The notes: generated from the letters alone by a model not told the origin. A stretch of DNA of 64,000 bases from Naegleria gruberi (GCA_000004985.1 GG738865.1); one strand, 5' to 3'. Positions 11,188 through 24,249 are shown, counted from the first letter of the stretch. Program-made: numbers and translations.

Positions 11188-12786
11188 CTAGCTAGACTCT
11201 TCATCATCACTTTCCTCTGTAGATGCTTTATCAACCAAGTCACCAAAGACCTTCTTTATCTTTGGTTCAGTGGACTGAGAAACGATTTCTTTAACTTTTT
11301 CAGAGGAGAGTAATTCCTTCAAAATGTGGAACGTATTATCCAAAAATTTGTAACATCCCTCAAATGCCAAAATTCCCATTATGACAACATTGGATTTTTC
11401 TGAGGACAATAATTTTTCAATAAAAATGAAATCAAACCAAGGTAAACCATGTTCAATACAAGTATCAAAAGTGGCGTAATTATCCAAGACCATTTGTAGA
11501 AGAATTTTCTCTTCCTTTTCATTTTCTAGCTCAATATAAGAAAGCATGTATAAGGCTGATAGTACAGAGTTTGAAACTAGAACTAGATCATCAATTTTAG
11601 TTTCAATATATGATAAAATAGAGGCTGGTGTCACTGTTTCTGAAACAATTGGTAAAGAAGTAGGATCTCTAGAGAGAATGGCACAAGCTTCAATCAGTAC
11701 AGAATAGCATTCACCTTGCCTTTCCGTCTCTTTTGCAACTCTATCAAAAAGAGAAGCAATTAAAGTAGACATGGTTTGTCTATTCTTCTTCTTATTGAAC
11801 CATTCATTGATTTTCTTTCCTGTATCGGAGAGAATAATATTTCTCAAAAGGTAAAGGAAATCAGGGAGTGAAACTTGTTCATTTTCAATAGCAGACATGA
11901 GGTCAATATTTTGAATAACAATACTCTTTTTGCTTCTACTTGTAATATTTGTAAAAACTGAAATAATAAGAGCATAATTCATAGTATAATTGTTTGCTAC
12001 AGCAGAGTTATAGGCTGTCAGTAAGTTCTTAATGACCTTTTCAGAGGCATCACACAAGTGTGACAGGTATTCTTCATCTTCATAAGTTACATGGTACATG
12101 ATTGGTATGAGGAATTCATTGATGTATTCAACAGTTTCTTCGGATTGTGGTTTGGTAAGGTTGAATAGTTTTTCAATCATAATTTCCTTCGGAAATCTGT
12201 CATGAAGTTGAGCCAAGAATTTTGGTTTTTGAATCTTTCCTTGGGACCTCTTCACAACAAGAGCCAAAATCTCTTCTTCCAATTGTTTTCCTCCAATTTC
12301 TTCTTGTTCCTTATAGTTGGATTTTCTCTTGTTGGTAGAAATACGTGATGAGGTTCTGAGTGATTCTGGTGGTTCTTTTCTTTTCCTTGTACGTGATGGG
12401 GTTCCTTCATCAAATACTTGGCTACTATTTGATGGTTTTGTTGGTGTTAATGATAAAGCCTACAAAATTATTAAATTGTATATGGTGATGATGATGATGA
12501 ATTGATTATTAATAGAGGTGGCATCATATAATATTATAACATTGTGGATTCATGTTCATTGTTGTTGTTGTTGGTGTATACTTACAATGGTTTGCTTTAA
12601 GCCTAGAGTTTCCAACAATTGTTGATTTCTATTAATTTTTTCTTGTCTCAATCTTTCATATTCGAGAGCTTGTTTTTTGGTTTCCTCATCATCCGATTCA
12701 CTACCTTCATCATATGATGATGCATCATCAGCCTCATCCTCTTGTTGTTGTGGATTTTTGCTTGGCTGTTCTTCTTTTTCGCTCAT
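11188..12786 (-). CDS. Hypothetical helical protein with an acidic N-terminus and a basic NLS-like stretch, in 2 exons.
   Basis: Model complement(join(11188..12459, 12586..12786)) with a 126-nt intron (GTAAGT..TAG). Exon 1 MSEKEEQPSKNPQQQEDEADDASSYDEGSESDDEETKKQALEYERLRQEKINRNQQLLETLGLKQTI joins in phase 0 to ALSLTPTKPSNSS...RTRKRKEPPE...MEEEILALVVKRSQGK... The track splits it into 12556..12786 and 11188..12282. Confidence 0.55.
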
Positions 12787-13304
12787 TTTTATTGGTTCCT
12801 AACCGTTAACAATATATTTGATTTTAAAAAAATATTTTAAAAAATTATTAAAAACAGAACAAATACAAAGGTGAAGGGAGTAATAATTTTGTTGGTTTAA
12901 AATTGATGTGGATTTCCGATCTGAAAGGATGATATTGAGTACTTTATCATGCCTTCCTTTTCATGAAAATCTAATTAATATCTTCCCATGATTGAATTTG
13001 TTGAATGTTCATACTAGACCCTAACAAGTGTCAAATGGGAACGAGCAATGTTCTATTGATTGCTTGCTATTCGTAAAGCAGTAGAATTTTTATTCACCAA
13101 TTACAATTCAGCTCTTCCTTAAATTAGTCTTCCAATTATGGGTAAAGAAAATAAGTGTTTCCTTTGATATTAATTATTTTCTAGAAGAATTGAATTAATT
13201 TCTATTAGACATTACAAAATTGTGTAATTGATAACATTGGATTAAACCTTTCCTCTCAAAAATTGTAACAATTCCAAACTCTTCAAGAAACCAAGATTGA
13301 AAAA

Positions 13305-15976
13305 ATGTCTCTACAATTTGGCAGCACCTTGCTGTTTGCTGTTCTGATCATCTTTCTCACCTACTACAATCAATCTCGTTTGCCATCAAATTTACCAGTG
13401 CCAAACAGTATTGGTGCACCTGTTGATTATTTATTTAGAGAGGATCGAGCATTGAAAACTCTCGGCATTCTCTCCACTACTATCGGACCAAAAGTTGTTG
13501 GTACTCTGCAAGAGAAACAAGCTTTTGAATTTGTTAGAGATGAATTGAGTACGATTGTACATAGTGAATGGAAAATGAAATTGGAAAATTGTGATGAGAT
13601 GAATGTGAATGTTAATGGTCAGGATGAAGAGTTTGGATTAAAGAGGTTTATTAGAAAGGAGGGAAATATTAATAGTATGAAAATCAAGAGATGTCAACTT
13701 GTTGGGAATAATCATAAGATTACCCTTGATCAACAATTTATTTCTGGTATGTGTATTTATTTGGTTTGTGGTCAATTATAATTAATTGATCAGGTGATGG
13801 ATACATTGATATTTTGAAGAGAAAACTGTTTACTTCCTACCAAAATTTGACTAATTTAATTGTTAGAATTGATCCAAATCAAGATAGATCGGATAATCAT
13901 GGTTTATTGGTGTCAAGCCACTTTGACAGTGGTGTGTCTTCACCTGGATTCTATGATGATGGTATTCCTGTTGTTTGTATGATTGAATCATTTAGAAATA
14001 TTGTGAAAATGATTAGAGATGGAAAGTTAGAATTGAAAAGAAGTGTTATTTTCTTGTTTAATGGTGCTGAAGAAACTGGACTATTGGGAGCTGAATCATT
14101 CATGTATCATCCATATTCTAGGGATGTAAAATACTTTTTAAATTTAGAGGCTGCAGGATCTGGTGGAAAAGAGGTTGCTTTCCAAATAGCTACAGAATTC
14201 TTGGCTAGACATTTCGCCAAGTCAACAGTGAGGGCTAGTGGAAATGTCATAGCTCAAGATATTTTCCAATCAAATATTATTCCATCAGCAACTGATTATC
14301 ATGTATATTCTTCATTTGGAATGCAAGGAATTGATGTTTCATTCTACAAGAATGGTTATGTTTATCATACATCAAAGGATTCTTCATCTTCTTATGAAAA
14401 GGGATCTATTCAGCATATGGGTGATAATGTCCAATCATTTGTAACCCACTTCTCAAATATCACTGAAAATGACTCTGATCCAAAGACAAACTTTGTCTAT
14501 TTTGATCTTTTTGGATTCAATATGAATGTTTTTGACATCAATACTCTCAGACTGATTAACGTTTCAGTCATTGTAATATCTATTACTCTGTTAATTATTC
14601 CATTGATCAAAGGAGGTGCCGTAGCCTTGTACCATAGAGTGTTGGCCTTATTTTTAATATTCCTCTTTTTACTATTTGCTATTGGAATTAATATTACTTT
14701 AACAATTGGATTAATGAGATTGGGATACGATATGCTCTATTTTGCCTATCACCCAATGTTCTCTTTGGTTCTTTATGGATCAGTAGTAGTGACAACCTTC
14801 ACTCTTGGTTTTTGGACAACCAACAAGTTTATCATTGCCTTATCCACTGAAATCATGGCAGAATCAATTCTAATTCTCTACACTTGTATTTTGACACTTT
14901 TCACAATTTTCAACATTGCTTCTGGATATCTTTTCTTGGCTGTCACAATATTCTTATTATTGGGCACTTATTTCAACAAGGTTTACCTTGATTTTTCCTT
15001 GATAGGATTGGCATTTTTGAGTCCTATTTTGAACCAAGTTATTGACATGTTTATTCCAATTACTGGAAGACTTGGAAAGGCCGTTCAAGTTGATTATATT
15101 GCCCTTATGTTGTGTAGCATTGCTGTATTCTTAATATTGACAACATTGTTACCAGTTCTTGTTAGACAAATCTCTGGAAAAACTGTTTTACTATTAATTT
15201 TGGGAACTATCATCACCTATGCATATCTTATTTTGGGTAATAATGGCAAAGCATTTACCGAGGCACATCCAAAGAGAACTTCTATACAACATACCTTCTT
15301 AATGGCAAGTAATAATTTGAATGATTGGGAGCAGCTCTCTCAATATATTATGATTGCAGGAGCAGATTCATCTAAGGAGGAGGAAATAACTGATGTGTTG
15401 GGCAAGAGATTTAATTTTGAAAGAAGTCATGACACTTTAGAACCACAAGTTGTCAGAAGTGTAATTAATCCAAGAACTCACAAGAAGCCATATCTTATTA
15501 CCGAAACTACAGATAGTTTACCACGTTATATTACCCCTAAAATTTTCATTACAAACAAGGTCCATGAAAAAGGAAGAATTGAGTTTAGTATCCTCTTCCA
15601 TGAAAAGATTTATCATAGTGGAATATTCCTCTATTCAGATCATGAGATTGTAGAGTCATCATTCGATACCAATACATCATTCGGAAGAGTTGTTCAAACA
15701 AATACTGATTCTCAATATGAGTTTGAATATAACTTTTGGGCATTATTTGGATACAATAGAGATAGCTCTTTAATGAACCAAAATCAAAAATCTTTCAAGT
15801 TTTGGATTGAGTTCAAGCAAAATCCACAAAAAGATTTCAAATTGCGAGTTACACTCAAGAATACCTTCCTCGCAAATACATATTCTCTTGCAGAGTTGGA
15901 GACAGAGTTAGAGTCACTCCCTTGGTCTGAACATATTTCTACAACCCATTCTGTCATGGATTTCCAAATTAATTAG
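13305..15976 (+). CDS. ERMP1/FXNA-like endoplasmic-reticulum M28 metallopeptidase with a multi-pass membrane domain, in 2 exons.
   Basis: Model join(13305..13746, 13794..15976), 47-nt intron (GTATGT..CAG, phase 1). The protein reads ...TLDQQFISG|GDGYIDILKRKLFTSYQNLTNLIVRIDPNQDRSDNHGLLVSSHFDSGVSSPGFYDDGIPVVCMIESFRNIVKMI...VIFLFNGAEETGLLGAESFMYHPY..., the M28 zinc-ligand context (HFDS, DDG, NGAEE). At least 8 hydrophobic segments follow, as in ERMP1. Confidence 0.85.
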
Positions 15977-16164
15977 ACACAGAATAACGTGAATAAACTC
16001 ACTAAATGGGTTGAAGAACAATTATCTAAAAGCGAATTCTAATGGCACCACTCTAATTTTACAACGTGTTTTATTTGTATTAATAACTGACAAAACGTGC
16101 TGTGGCAAAGTAGTTTTTTAAACAACCTAACACAAATTTACGTTAAAGAAGAATTACAAAAGAA

Positions 16165-17424
16165 ATGGACAACAAGAACCATCTTGAATTCCTGGAAAAG
16201 CACCAATTGCTAGACAAAATCCGTAATGAAATGGGCTCAGAAAAAGCCTTCACTGCATTTCTGGAGAGTGTACGGAAATCGTATGGTCTTGGGAAGGAAC
16301 TATTCGATGAATTCATCTCCACTCCTGATACCAAGTATGCTCATGCAAGATTTATTCTCTGCAAACATTTATTCAATCCCCATATTAAGGCCACTAATTA
16401 TATTGGGTACTTGAGAGAGAATAATCTTGTTAGTAATATGCGAGATGTATTGGATAGAATTGAAAGATCTTTTAAAGGACCCTCACTAGCAAATGAAAAG
16501 AAATTTGTTCTCTTCCTTGATGGAGACAATCTTTCCAACTTGTTAACATTCAAGAAATTGAAAGAATTGTCATTTAAAGTACAGTTTCATGTCTGTCTCT
16601 TCCTCACTAAGGACATTATCAATGACTCCATGATGGGATATGAACATGAAGAGTGGCTTTCCATCATTTACTCTGAAACAAGGGAGAGGGATGCTGCTGA
16701 TAATTGTATAACCTTTTTGATGGGCAGAGTAGATTCTAAACTTGACAGGATGGATTGTGACTTTATTCTAGTCACTCGTGATCACTTTTACAGAGAAATG
16801 ATATCACAATTCGAAAAGTATTTCGATCGTCAATGCCATCATTCCAACACCATGGATGGATTGGAAGAGTTGCTCGAGAACAATGAAACATGTTTGAGAA
16901 AAAGACCAAGATCTCTCTCCTCATCAACAGTGACAGAAGCAATTCCTCTCCATTCTGTTGAGATTATGAAACTAGATCAGAAAGACCTTTCTCCCGAGTT
17001 TCTGATAGACTTCTTTAAAAAATTCTGGTTAGGAAGTGGTAAATCACAAGCATCCTTACGATTAATGTGTTTGGAGAAGTTGGTTGCATCGAGATTGTTT
17101 GTTTTGCAGAAGAATAATACCCGCTTCGATATGATACTTTTAGATTACTACTCCTCATTTATAGACTGTAGTGCCATTTGCAATTTCGCAATAAGGGTGA
17201 ACCAAAACGTAGCGCCAATCCATATTTTCTCCATTTCCACCAGATTTGGAGAAAATGGAGATTCTCCACTAATTCAACAACACACTAACTACTACCATCA
17301 AAATATCATAGAGATTGATACTGAGAAATCACAGTTACAATCTCAAAAACAATTCTCTCTCTTTGACACTGCATTTATTCTTGAGATGCATGATGGAATC
17401 AATGTTTATGTCACATCTAATTGA
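16165..17424 (+). CDS. Hypothetical protein with a NYN/PIN-like (LabA-like) nuclease-fold domain.
   Basis: ATG at 16165. The acidic-residue pattern KKFVLFLDGDNLSNLL ... HVCLFLTKD ... DAADNCITFLMGR ... DCDFILVTRDHFY matches the NYN arrangement (VFWDxEN ... aaD ... LiSgDsDF). The assignment is by motif only. Confidence 0.45.
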   Translation: MDNKNHLEFLEKHQLLDKIRNEMGSEKAFTAFLESVRKSYGLGKELFDEFISTPDTKYAHARFILCKHLFNPHIKATNYIGYLRENNLVSNMRDVLDRIERSFKGPSLANEKKFVLFLDGDNLSNLLTFKKLKELSFKVQFHVCLFLTKDIINDSMMGYEHEEWLSIIYSETRERDAADNCITFLMGRVDSKLDRMDCDFILVTRDHFYREMISQFEKYFDRQCHHSNTMDGLEELLENNETCLRKRPRSLSSSTVTEAIPLHSVEIMKLDQKDLSPEFLIDFFKKFWLGSGKSQASLRLMCLEKLVASRLFVLQKNNTRFDMILLDYYSSFIDCSAICNFAIRVNQNVAPIHIFSISTRFGENGDSPLIQQHTNYYHQNIIEIDTEKSQLQSQKQFSLFDTAFILEMHDGINVYVTSN

Positions 17425-17984
17425 TGAGAGATTGAAAGTTGTTAATAAAGTGTTTTTCTTTATAAAAACTGTAACTGTTTTTGATACTGAACATTTCAAA
17501 ATGTTTAAAACACTCATTTTTGAATAAAGTCCAAAAAATATTTGATCATGATTTTCATTATCCATTACAATAAATCTGATTGTGAAATTTCTAATTTCAC
17601 ATTGGCAACTATCTTTTTAGATCTTAAAAATTCGCACAGTTTTCTAGAGTTGACTTTATTTGCAGTAGTTTTTCCAAAAAGTCGAAAATTTAAATGGCCG
17701 CAATTCCGTTGGTCAATTGGATAAATTGGGTAAAAAACAAGTCATTCAAAATCTTTGCAAATTATTCATCCATTCTCATAGATTCTATCAAGCTTGCTCA
17801 GAAAATTGTCGTAAAAAAAGTGTCAACAAATACCGCCGGGGCTGTTTTGTGCAAAAACCACAACACATCATTTCCTAATTGTTTCCAATTTTGATATTAG
17901 ACTTTAAAACCTACCACCATCAATAACATCAAAGAACCATCATATAAAGAAAACACTATATTGTTAATCAGATTGCTTATCAAT

Positions 17985-20488
17985 ATGTTGGTCAATTCGT
18001 CGTCTCCATCTTCGGTTCATCCACACAGTAAACTTTTAAATTCATCATCCTCTTCGAGTAATAATAATAACATGACGATTTCTAACAAATCTGCAGTGGC
18101 GAGTCAACCTGTATTCATTAATACTACTTCAACTTCATATTCTGCCTCCTATACGAATCTAAAACAACAACAATCGGCACCAATTTCAATGGCTAACACC
18201 ACAAATAATAATAGCAAACATATTACGAGACAATCCTCCACTCTAACTTCTTATTCATCCTCCAATAATATCAACAACAACAGCAACAATACAAAGATTA
18301 TCAATTCAAAGCCCGTTCTGCAGATCAACTCTACAAATTTTGGCGACAAACTCGCACATAATGTTATTCATCAAACAGAAACATTTAAAACAATACCCAA
18401 CAACACTAATTATTCCCAAATCAATCCAAAAACTCTTTATAGCACCGATTACAATATTCAGTCAACCAGTAACAGTCCACCACTGGCTAACAAGGCAGGC
18501 ACCTCCAAACACAGTAATATTCAAAGCTGTGTGCACCATCAACAACCAAACACTATTTCAAATACAGTGACAAACTCCACCGCACAAAATATCAATAATA
18601 TTAATAGACAAGTCAGGAGTACAAGTAATGGAAGTGATGTCCTTCCATTGAATCTTGGTGTTAACACAATGAGAACAAATAGCAGCAATGGTCAACATAT
18701 TAGGGGGCTTGCAATAAGTACTTCCTCACTAACAACAAACTCCTCAACCAAACTACCTCCTCTTTCCCTTCATCGATTGGAAAAATCTACCTCTGAGTCA
18801 TCATTGGAAAATTTACATAATCACCACCATCAACATGGTGCTGAACCAGCAACACCAAGAGTTGTTAATCTTGACAAGTATTTTAAATTTGCTCAACTAA
18901 TTATGGACGAGGAGGCATGTGAGGTTTTTCTTGAATTTTTGAGAAGGAAACGAAATGAAGAAAACTTGGAGTTTATTCTTCAAGTTTCTGCTCTTAAAAA
19001 GATTCCAACACTAAGTCATGGATATGCTATTGAAATTTTGCAAAGAATTCGTTCTGATTTTCTAACTAACGGCGCCAGTACGAACTGAATGTTAGCAAAC
19101 ATGTCAAATCACTCTCGATTGACAGGATTGATCGCTGTTTACAACAATCAATGCCATCAAGTCATTCTTCACTCAATTTTGCCAGTTCTCCTGTTGATTC
19201 TCTTATCCAATCCTCTTCGCCATCTACTGTTTCGACTCTAACTTATTCAACAACAGCCAATTCTGTGGACAACTCATACGATTCTCCAAGTTTAATATCC
19301 TCTTCCTTTTCCTCATTATCGTTGCTTCACAACTCATCACCAAGAGATCATTCAGAGTGTAGCTCCACATTCACAATGAGTGGAGAAATAATTCCACAAC
19401 AACCTATAACAACGAGTACCATATTGAAAGAGATCGAGTTGGAGGTTAGACTCCAGTTACAGAATGAGTCTTTCAAGGAATTTAAAGCAAGTGACGAGTT
19501 TGAACACTTTTTATTGACAAAAGTGATTGAACAGAGTCAGAATAATAACCCTGTGAATGATCAATCCCCACACAACTCTCCTCATCAATCTGAGACTGTA
19601 AGCTCTTCTAGATCAGACAAGTCTAACTCTTCTATTGGTTCTCCACAGTCCAGTAATTTCTTCTCCAAGATTTTCAAGAAGAAATCTACAACAAGCACTG
19701 CTGTTCAAGAACCAAAATCTGATGAATCAATTACAGATGATGAAACGTCAGTTGGAAGTGGTGAATCAGAATATATTTACAATCCTCAGAATCCTAATGA
19801 TATCACCTTTGTGGAAAATCTTCAGATCAGAAAGTGGAGTAATCAACAAGTGATCAACTTTTTCAAATTCAAGTTGGATCTACCAGAATATACTGATGCT
19901 TTGAAAAAGAATGAAATCAAAGGAATTGATCTTAGCTTATTGAAAAAGGAAGATACTCCAGATCAAGCAGCAGATAAGATTGATACTTCTGATCTTCAAA
20001 AGAAGGTCGATGCACTCTACAAGAAGATAAAGATGGTTAAACTTGGACACAAGAAAAAGCTTCAAAGAGAAGTCAATGAAGCAATAATTGCCTATCAGAA
20101 AAAGCAACAAAAATCCAACAAGATTTCATCTCTTGAACGTCCAAGAAAAGTTTCTGATTCTATTCTTCCAAAATCACAAATCTCCACATCAATGGACGCT
20201 GACTTGACTACGATCATTATCAAGTTGTGGATTCTGCCAATGGATCAGAAACGAGTTTTCACTGTCAAACGTTGTATCAAGCTTGATCGTTTAAAAACAA
20301 TCATTCTCAAGGAAGTTAGTGATATTGTAGAGAAAAAGTTTCCATCTGAAAATCCAACACTTTTAATGAATAATCGAGTCATTAAAACCTCAAAAGGTGA
20401 CTCTCTCACTTCTAATGAAAAACTTTACCAATACCTATGCTCAGAATCTACCAGCAGTCAATTTGTTACTCTAAAGATTGAATTTTAA
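17985..20488 (+). CDS. RGS-domain / SAM-domain signalling protein with a long S/T/N-rich N-terminus. The reading frame is broken by a -1 frameshift at about 19079-19082, so this is either an assembly error or a pseudogene.
   Basis: The track gives 17961..19088 (TTG start; first ATG at 17985) and 19151..20488. The first ORF ends ACEVFLEFLRRKRNEENLEFILQVSALKKIPTLSHGYAIEILQRIRSDFLTNGAST, the RGS N-terminal half (FL.SEFSEENLEFW consensus). The RGS continues in frame 2 directly after it as ELNVSKHVKSLSIDRIDRCLQQ. No GT..AG intron fits. Downstream lie a SAM domain (WSNQQVINFFKFKLDLPEYTDALKKNEIKGIDLSLLKKED) and a ubiquitin/RA-like C-terminus. Confidence 0.6.
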
Positions 20489-20576
20489 ATCATAATAAAT
20501 TAAACAATTTATTTTGAATTTTCCAAATTTAGTGCCAACAATTTAATTAAAATTTTCTAAATCTAATGAATTTCTC

Positions 20577-21824
20577 TTAATTCCCCTTGATGAAATTCCG
20601 AGTGGTAGATTTGGCAGCAATTATTGTCTTTGTTTTTAGGGTGAAATTATCTGGTCGATAGGCAAGGAACGCATGTCTAAGATCTATGAGATTTTCACTA
20701 GGAGAAATAATAGGTTGACCTTCAAGTTTGATATCTGGAAATGTGAATTGACATTCCACATTATATGACTCATCATTATCTTCTTCAGATGGTTTTGATT
20801 TTAATTTTAGGATGCCAGACACAATAATAGATGAAGTGTTGAGCGGAATATTATTCACTTTGCATTCTCCCTTATCTATGGATGTTTGAGATATTTCCTG
20901 ATTGTTTGAATCAAGGAATTTGAATGAAACATTCTTAAACCATGATGAAATTCTATTTCCATTCTTTTCTGATCTGAATTGGCAATCAAACGAAAGCTCT
21001 TCTTGTTGTTTTTGAATAGAGAGCAGATAAGATTTTGAGGCAACATAGGTCGGTATCTGATATCCTAATCCATTCATTAACCTCTCCATAAATTCATCTG
21101 TTTTCATATTGATTTTCACATCTGCATAAATATCCTTTGGTGTGGTTTGTAAATTTACAATTATTAATTTTCCCTTATGTCCGTAAGTGTTGAATTTACA
21201 CAATTGTGGCAAATCGCAAATTGGCAATACCTTCAAGCTAGTTCCAAGAACAATTGCCACATCTGCCAATTTCGAATGTTCCAAAGCCCTTTCGAACCAC
21301 TTCTGATCCAGTGGATCGTTAAAATTGACAATAGTATCAAACAATTCCTTTCCACACTTATTGCAAAATCTTCCAGTTGTATGCTCATGCACTTCCTTAT
21401 TATTTCTAACTGAATAATCTCTAACATATTCAATTTCACATTCTTTACAAATTTCAATATTTGTATTTCCATGAATTTCACTCATACAATCTCTTGAAAT
21501 TCCAGATTCCAAATGAAGTCCATCAACATTTTGTGAAGTGAGATATTTCAACTTTTTTTGTTTGTACAATTCTGATATTGCCATGTGACATTTTGTTGGA
21601 AACTTGATGAAAGGAACAGATTTGACTGGTTCCTTCCCTTGCTTCAACATGGTCCAAATTCCCTTCGGACCTCTATAATCAATTATACCACTCTCCGTAG
21701 AAATACCAGCCCCCGTATAAATAACCAAATGTTTAGAATCCTTCACATAGTCAATGACCCATTTGATCTTTTCTTCAATCTCCTCGGCAGAGTCAAAATA
21801 TTCAGTACAATCTTCTTGTTCCAT
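20577..21824 (-). CDS. NAD-dependent protein deacylase of the Sir2 family, class IV (SIRT6/SIRT7-like), with a C-terminal extension.
   Basis: ATG at 21824. The protein has KHLVIYTGAGISTESGIIDYRGPKGIWT (Rossmann GAGIS..G.PDFR motif), TQNVDGLHLESGI, the zinc ribbon CKECEIEY...CNKCG, and LIIVNLQTTPKD. The GAGISTESGIIDYRGPKGIWTM and LIIVNLQTTPKD motifs point to class IV rather than class I. Confidence 0.85.
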   Translation of the reverse strand: MEQEDCTEYFDSAEEIEEKIKWVIDYVKDSKHLVIYTGAGISTESGIIDYRGPKGIWTMLKQGKEPVKSVPFIKFPTKCHMAISELYKQKKLKYLTSQNVDGLHLESGISRDCMSEIHGNTNIEICKECEIEYVRDYSVRNNKEVHEHTTGRFCNKCGKELFDTIVNFNDPLDQKWFERALEHSKLADVAIVLGTSLKVLPICDLPQLCKFNTYGHKGKLIIVNLQTTPKDIYADVKINMKTDEFMERLMNGLGYQIPTYVASKSYLLSIQKQQEELSFDCQFRSEKNGNRISSWFKNVSFKFLDSNNQEISQTSIDKGECKVNNIPLNTSSIIVSGILKLKSKPSEEDNDESYNVECQFTFPDIKLEGQPIISPSENLIDLRHAFLAYRPDNFTLKTKTIIAAKSTTRNFIKGN

Positions 21825-21956
21825 TTTTTTCTGTTTTGTTTATATTGAATTCTGGAATTGAATATACTCCTTCTCTGATTCTCAACTTTGAAATTGAATT
21901 GGTAAATTGCTAGCGACACTAAGGAAAAATTTTGTATAAAATTGATTTTTATTACT

Positions 21957-23709
21957 TTAATAACAGATGGCAATGAAAGCAAAGATAACAAACAAGATAA
22001 GATTGAGTAAATTGTTAAGGATTGTTGAGGAAGATCCTGAATGGCTTGGATTGCTGTGATATGGAGCTGGAGAAACATAAATAGGTCCACAACTTCTACT
22101 AATGTCTTGAGTTTGATTGTAGGAGGAGAGGAATTTGTATTGTTCTCTAGTCAATGAACGGAATTGAGCACAATCCATCAAAAAAACTCTTCCACAATCA
22201 ATACCATCCTGAAGTTGAGGAATAGTGAGTCCACTAAAGGTTGAAGGTTGAATACAATTGTACAAATAGGATGGATTTTGCAAAGCACAGATGAGGTGAG
22301 AGGTCATTTGAGAAATTTGATCAGCTCTTAAACCTGAGATTGAAGCACAATCCAAAGCTGACACTTGTCCATCAGTGGCATTAGTAAAAATGTTTGAGCT
22401 CATTTGACTAACTTGAATTTCCAAAAATCCAGAGAATGTGTAAGTTGAAATCTTTGGAATATCATAACTTGTTAGCTTTGAAGTGTAAACAGCAGATGAT
22501 GAAGCCAATTGCAACCAATTTAATTGACGAATATCGCTTGGTAAATTGTTTGCTGATTGTAATTGATAGGTGGAGAACATGAGCTTCATTTGAGAAACAA
22601 TCAAAAAATCAATTCTTTGAGCTTGGTCCAATGATAATCCTTCAAATAATTCCTTTCTCTTGTATCTGTATTTTTATAATGATATTCCAATAAAGTTACA
22701 ATACTTACTTGTAAATTTGAGCTAATTGAGATGAAGAAATAAGAGAGAATGCTGCTGGAGGAATATTACTAATAAGGTCAGCTGTTAAACCTCTAAGGCC
22801 AGGATTTGGAATACTCTCCATACAGAGAGCAGACATGCCACGCATGGCACTTGGAGGAATATTGGAAATACACGACTCTGTAAACATACAACTTTCGTAT
22901 GGTAGCAGGGATAACTTGTTAGCACTAAATCCGGCACATACTTCTCCATCAAATAATTGGAAAATTTGAGGTCCAATATATGAAACAAGTCCATCTGATA
23001 ATTTAGAAAATCTTTTAGAATCCATAAAAACAAGAATGCTAGCTGGTATCTTTGCAAAACAAGGATATTCAAATCCAGATAAACTATCCAATGAAATGTT
23101 GAAGAAACAAGCCTTTGAGAAACCAATGCAAGTATCAAACATAACAGTTGAAGTGAGTCTAGAAAGTTGAAGTTTAGAGAAGGCAGCACAAGTTGCAGGA
23201 CTAATAGAGCTCAATTGACTTGCTGTCAACCCAGTAAAAGAATCAGGTTGAATATTCTGTAATTGATTATAAGAAAGCATTCCCATAGCATCAGTTCTAA
23301 TATTCAAAATACAAGGAGAGGTAAATCCTGAAAAGGCCAAAGCAGGAATATTTGCAAAACAAAGTGGTGTGAAACCAACACATCCATCTTCTGTCAATCT
23401 CGTAATTTGTTCTGATCTAAACCCAACACAAGCAGATGAAGGAATAGAAGCAATATCTAATGCCGAAACACTAGTAAAAACAGAAGGATCCAAAGCCTGT
23501 AATTCACTTGCTGTAATATTATTCCAATTAACTTGAGACAAAATCATTGTTTTTGTTGTTGAACATTCTCCAAAAGTTCCAAGTAATATAATTGATGTTA
23601 TTATCAATGAACACAACAATAAAACAAGCCTTGTTTGTTGTTGTGGTTGTGCATGATGACAATTCTTCCCGTTCATCACCAGTACGGAAGAGAAAAGAGA
23701 GATAGGCAT
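21957..23709 (-). CDS. Secreted, probably GPI-anchored cell-surface protein built from degenerate ~25-aa repeats, in 2 exons.
   Basis: Model complement(join(21957..22665, 22709..23709)), 43-nt intron (GTAAGT..CAG, phase 2), about 569 aa. A signal peptide (LVLLLCSLIITSIILLG) is followed by many repeats of the form I(P/S)xxAFSG(L/F)Txx(Q/C)(I/L)xxI. The C-terminal S-rich spacer and hydrophobic tail (GSSSTILNNLLNLILFVIFAFIAICY) are typical of a GPI signal. The track splits it into 22705..23709 and 21957..22631. Confidence 0.6.
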
Positions 23710-24249
23710 TTTTTGAAAAGAAAATTGTGAGGTTCGGGAAATGTCTGTTTATTGGTTCTAATCACAAATATTGCACCCATCAAATAGCCACTTTAGAATC
23801 CTTTTAGATATTTTCTTATTGGTTATGGTGTTTGTTAATCATGATCCTATTGGTACCGATTGTTTTTTTGAGATTTACATCGATTATTCCTGTTCGCTCG
23901 ACGAGAAGGTGAAGAAAAAGAGAGAATCACTTATTCGTTAGATTGATGGAATCGCATTTTTTAAAATTGTTTTAAAATTTTAATTATTTCAAAATTAAAA
24001 AAAATCGAAACAACTTCCTTCGATCATATTTCTATACAACAACAACAAGAATAATTGCCAATCATTTAATTTCTTGATAAATTGTGCTATTTGTTGTTAC
24101 AACTCGATTGACGATTAATTTATCGAGTTATTAGAGAACCGTTTTTTAAGATAAATATTATTACGAGAAGGAAATTTGTAAATTTGCAATAACGAAATAT
24201 TATCATCATCATCTAATATATTTATAATAATAATAATAACAGCATAGAA

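Noticed and set aside
12317-12505. Track ORF 12317..12505 (+)
   Set aside because: It is antisense to the spliced region (exon 2 5' end and intron) of the minus-strand gene 11188..12786. It is short and Met-rich only because it reads the complement of catcatcatcat.
17560-17900. Palindromes in the 17425..17984 intergenic region (gtgaaatttctaatttcac; GC-rich ccgccgggg island)
   Set aside because: They are short, isolated and not repeated elsewhere in the window. They are plausible promoter elements but cannot be assigned a function from sequence.
17961-17984. Track start codons such as 17961 (TTG), 34927..35316 (TTG), 36954 (TTG), 42232 (TTG), 55622 (GTG), 61679 (GTG)
   Set aside because: The ORF track evidently uses a bacterial start table. 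In this eukaryote I moved the starts to the first in-frame ATG or to upstream spliced exons.
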